From the IMG/VR virus record IMGVR_UViG_3300025131_000398, positions 1 through 24,788 of that record: a stretch of DNA of 24,788 nucleotides; one strand, given 5' to 3'. The translations under genes were made by a program, and so were the position numbers. Shown one piece after another: positions 23,868-24,788 of this stretch. The DNA is from a virus. Its lineage: Duplodnaviria > Caudoviricetes. Within the stretch, counting starts at the first letter, position 1. Each line of letters opens with the position of its first letter. Below the pieces are notes generated by a model. It had not been told where the DNA came from, searched no databases, and was given only the letters and a program-made list of their open reading frames with translations.

Positions 23868-24788
23868 GCGTCCTCCAGTGCCCCCGTGCCTGGGTCTTGG
23901 TTGTGGGTGTGCGCCCAGCGTGTCCAGCGGCGACGGATGACATCACAATAGCCTGGGCTGATCTCCATGCCATAGGCTACGCGCCGCTCCTGGGCTGCGG
24001 CTATCAGGGTGGTCCCGCTGCCCATGAACGGATCCAGGATGGCGTCTCCTTCATCCGAGAAGGCCTTGACGAAGAAGGCAGGGAGCGCCACCGGGAAGGC
24101 CGCGGTGTGTCCCGTGCCCTGCTCGACACCGGACACCTTCAGAACATTAGACGGCAGCGCGGTACCGCTCACGGTTTGAGCGCTTAGGTTCCAGTGTTTG
24201 CCGTTTGGCCCGCTGGTGTTGGCCCCTATGAGGCTCGACTTCACGGGTACAGTTTCGCTATCCGTTCCAACGCTGTATGGATTGAACTTAACGCGATTTG
24301 CCGCGAAATGAAGAACGGGCTCAAACCCGTTCTTGAATCTATCGGGCCACTTTCCAGGCGGCGATGGCCTGACCCATGCGAACTCATCCACGAACCTCCA
24401 GCCCCACGCCCGAACATGCGCGATGGTCAAGTCCTTGACGTAGAGCGACCGCTGCCCGTCGTCGCAGTGCTCCTTGATGTTGACGAACCATGAGCCATCC
24501 TCGGCCAGATGCTCCCGGACGTTTGCCTGCACTGCATCGAACCATTCCACATAGGCGTCTGGCTTGATTGGCTTGAACCCGCTGGACTCGTCGTATTTGC
24601 GTTGTGAGGCATAGGGCGGCGATGTAAAGGCCACATTGACCACCACCCCATCCAGGAGGGCAGAGACATCCTTCTGGGCTCGGCAATCGCCACATATGAG
24701 CCTGTGCGGTCCAAGCTCATAGACTTCGCCCGGCTTGCTATGGACTTCCGCCTGTAGCTCAGGCATCTCGTCCTCGCTGCCATCCATC
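23864..24788 (-). CDS. DNA N4-cytosine/N6-adenine methyltransferase, beta class (5' end probably outside the window)
   Basis: LGPHRLICGD, catalytic TSPPY, HTAAFP..LP, SAM-binding DPFMGSGTT, GMEISP.YCDVI. Confidence 0.93.
   Translation of the reverse strand, partial: MDGSEDEMPELQAEVHSKPGEVYELGPHRLICGDCRAQKDVSALLDGVVVNVAFTSPPYASQRKYDESSGFKPIKPDAYVEWFDAVQANVREHLAEDGSWFVNIKEHCDDGQRSLYVKDLTIAHVRAWGWRFVDEFAWVRPSPPGKWPDRFKNGFEPVLHFAANRVKFNPYSVGTDSETVPVKSSLIGANTSGPNGKHWNLSAQTVSGTALPSNVLKVSGVEQGTGHTAAFPVALPAFFVKAFSDEGDAILDPFMGSGTTLIAAAQERRVAYGMEISPGYCDVIRRRWTRWAHTHNQDPGTGALEDA

Noticed and set aside
3341-24788. Numerous plus-strand and alternate-frame ORFs (e.g. 10152-10850, 14320-14982, 4305-4907)
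   Set aside because: Shadow ORFs expected in GC-rich DNA; they overlap well-supported minus-strand genes and lack motifs
1-24788. Alternative genetic code, introns/inteins or diversity-generating retroelement
   Set aside because: Genes tile compactly in the standard code; TerL, portal and capsid are of normal size; no RT gene or long near-duplicate repeat was seen
23864-24788. Methyltransferase as part of a restriction-modification system
   Set aside because: No nuclease partner in the window; orphan MTases directly upstream of terminase genes are common in phages

Overview
This window is a GC-rich segment of a tailed dsDNA phage or prophage (Caudoviricetes) with siphovirus-like gene order. 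It holds two convergent blocks. Block 1 (1-3270, + strand) is an early/recombination region: an ERF-family ssDNA annealase, a Gp157-like protein, small Cys-rich proteins, and a promoter-led cassette of small hypothetical genes. Block 2 (3341-24788, - strand) is a nearly complete late operon. In transcription order it carries a DNA methyltransferase (truncated at the window edge), TerS, TerL, two small genes, portal, scaffold, major capsid, small head-associated proteins, head-tail connectors (including two tandem HK97-gp10-like paralogs), tail tube, a -1 frameshifted tail chaperone, tape measure, a 1374-aa Asp-box/LamG tail protein, a hub-like protein and a five-gene lysis cassette. No integrase, tRNA or CRISPR array is visible. 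The most unusual signals are in the few non-coding gaps. These are structured RNA candidates around the major capsid gene and the lysis cassette, including 5'-3' complementary segments, a three-way junction at the convergence point and a switch-like capsid leader. Other notable items are an ERF fused to a PDF-like zinc ribbon with an SSB-like tail and a YkuD-like endolysin. All product calls come from motif recognition and synteny by eye; no searches or folding programs were run.
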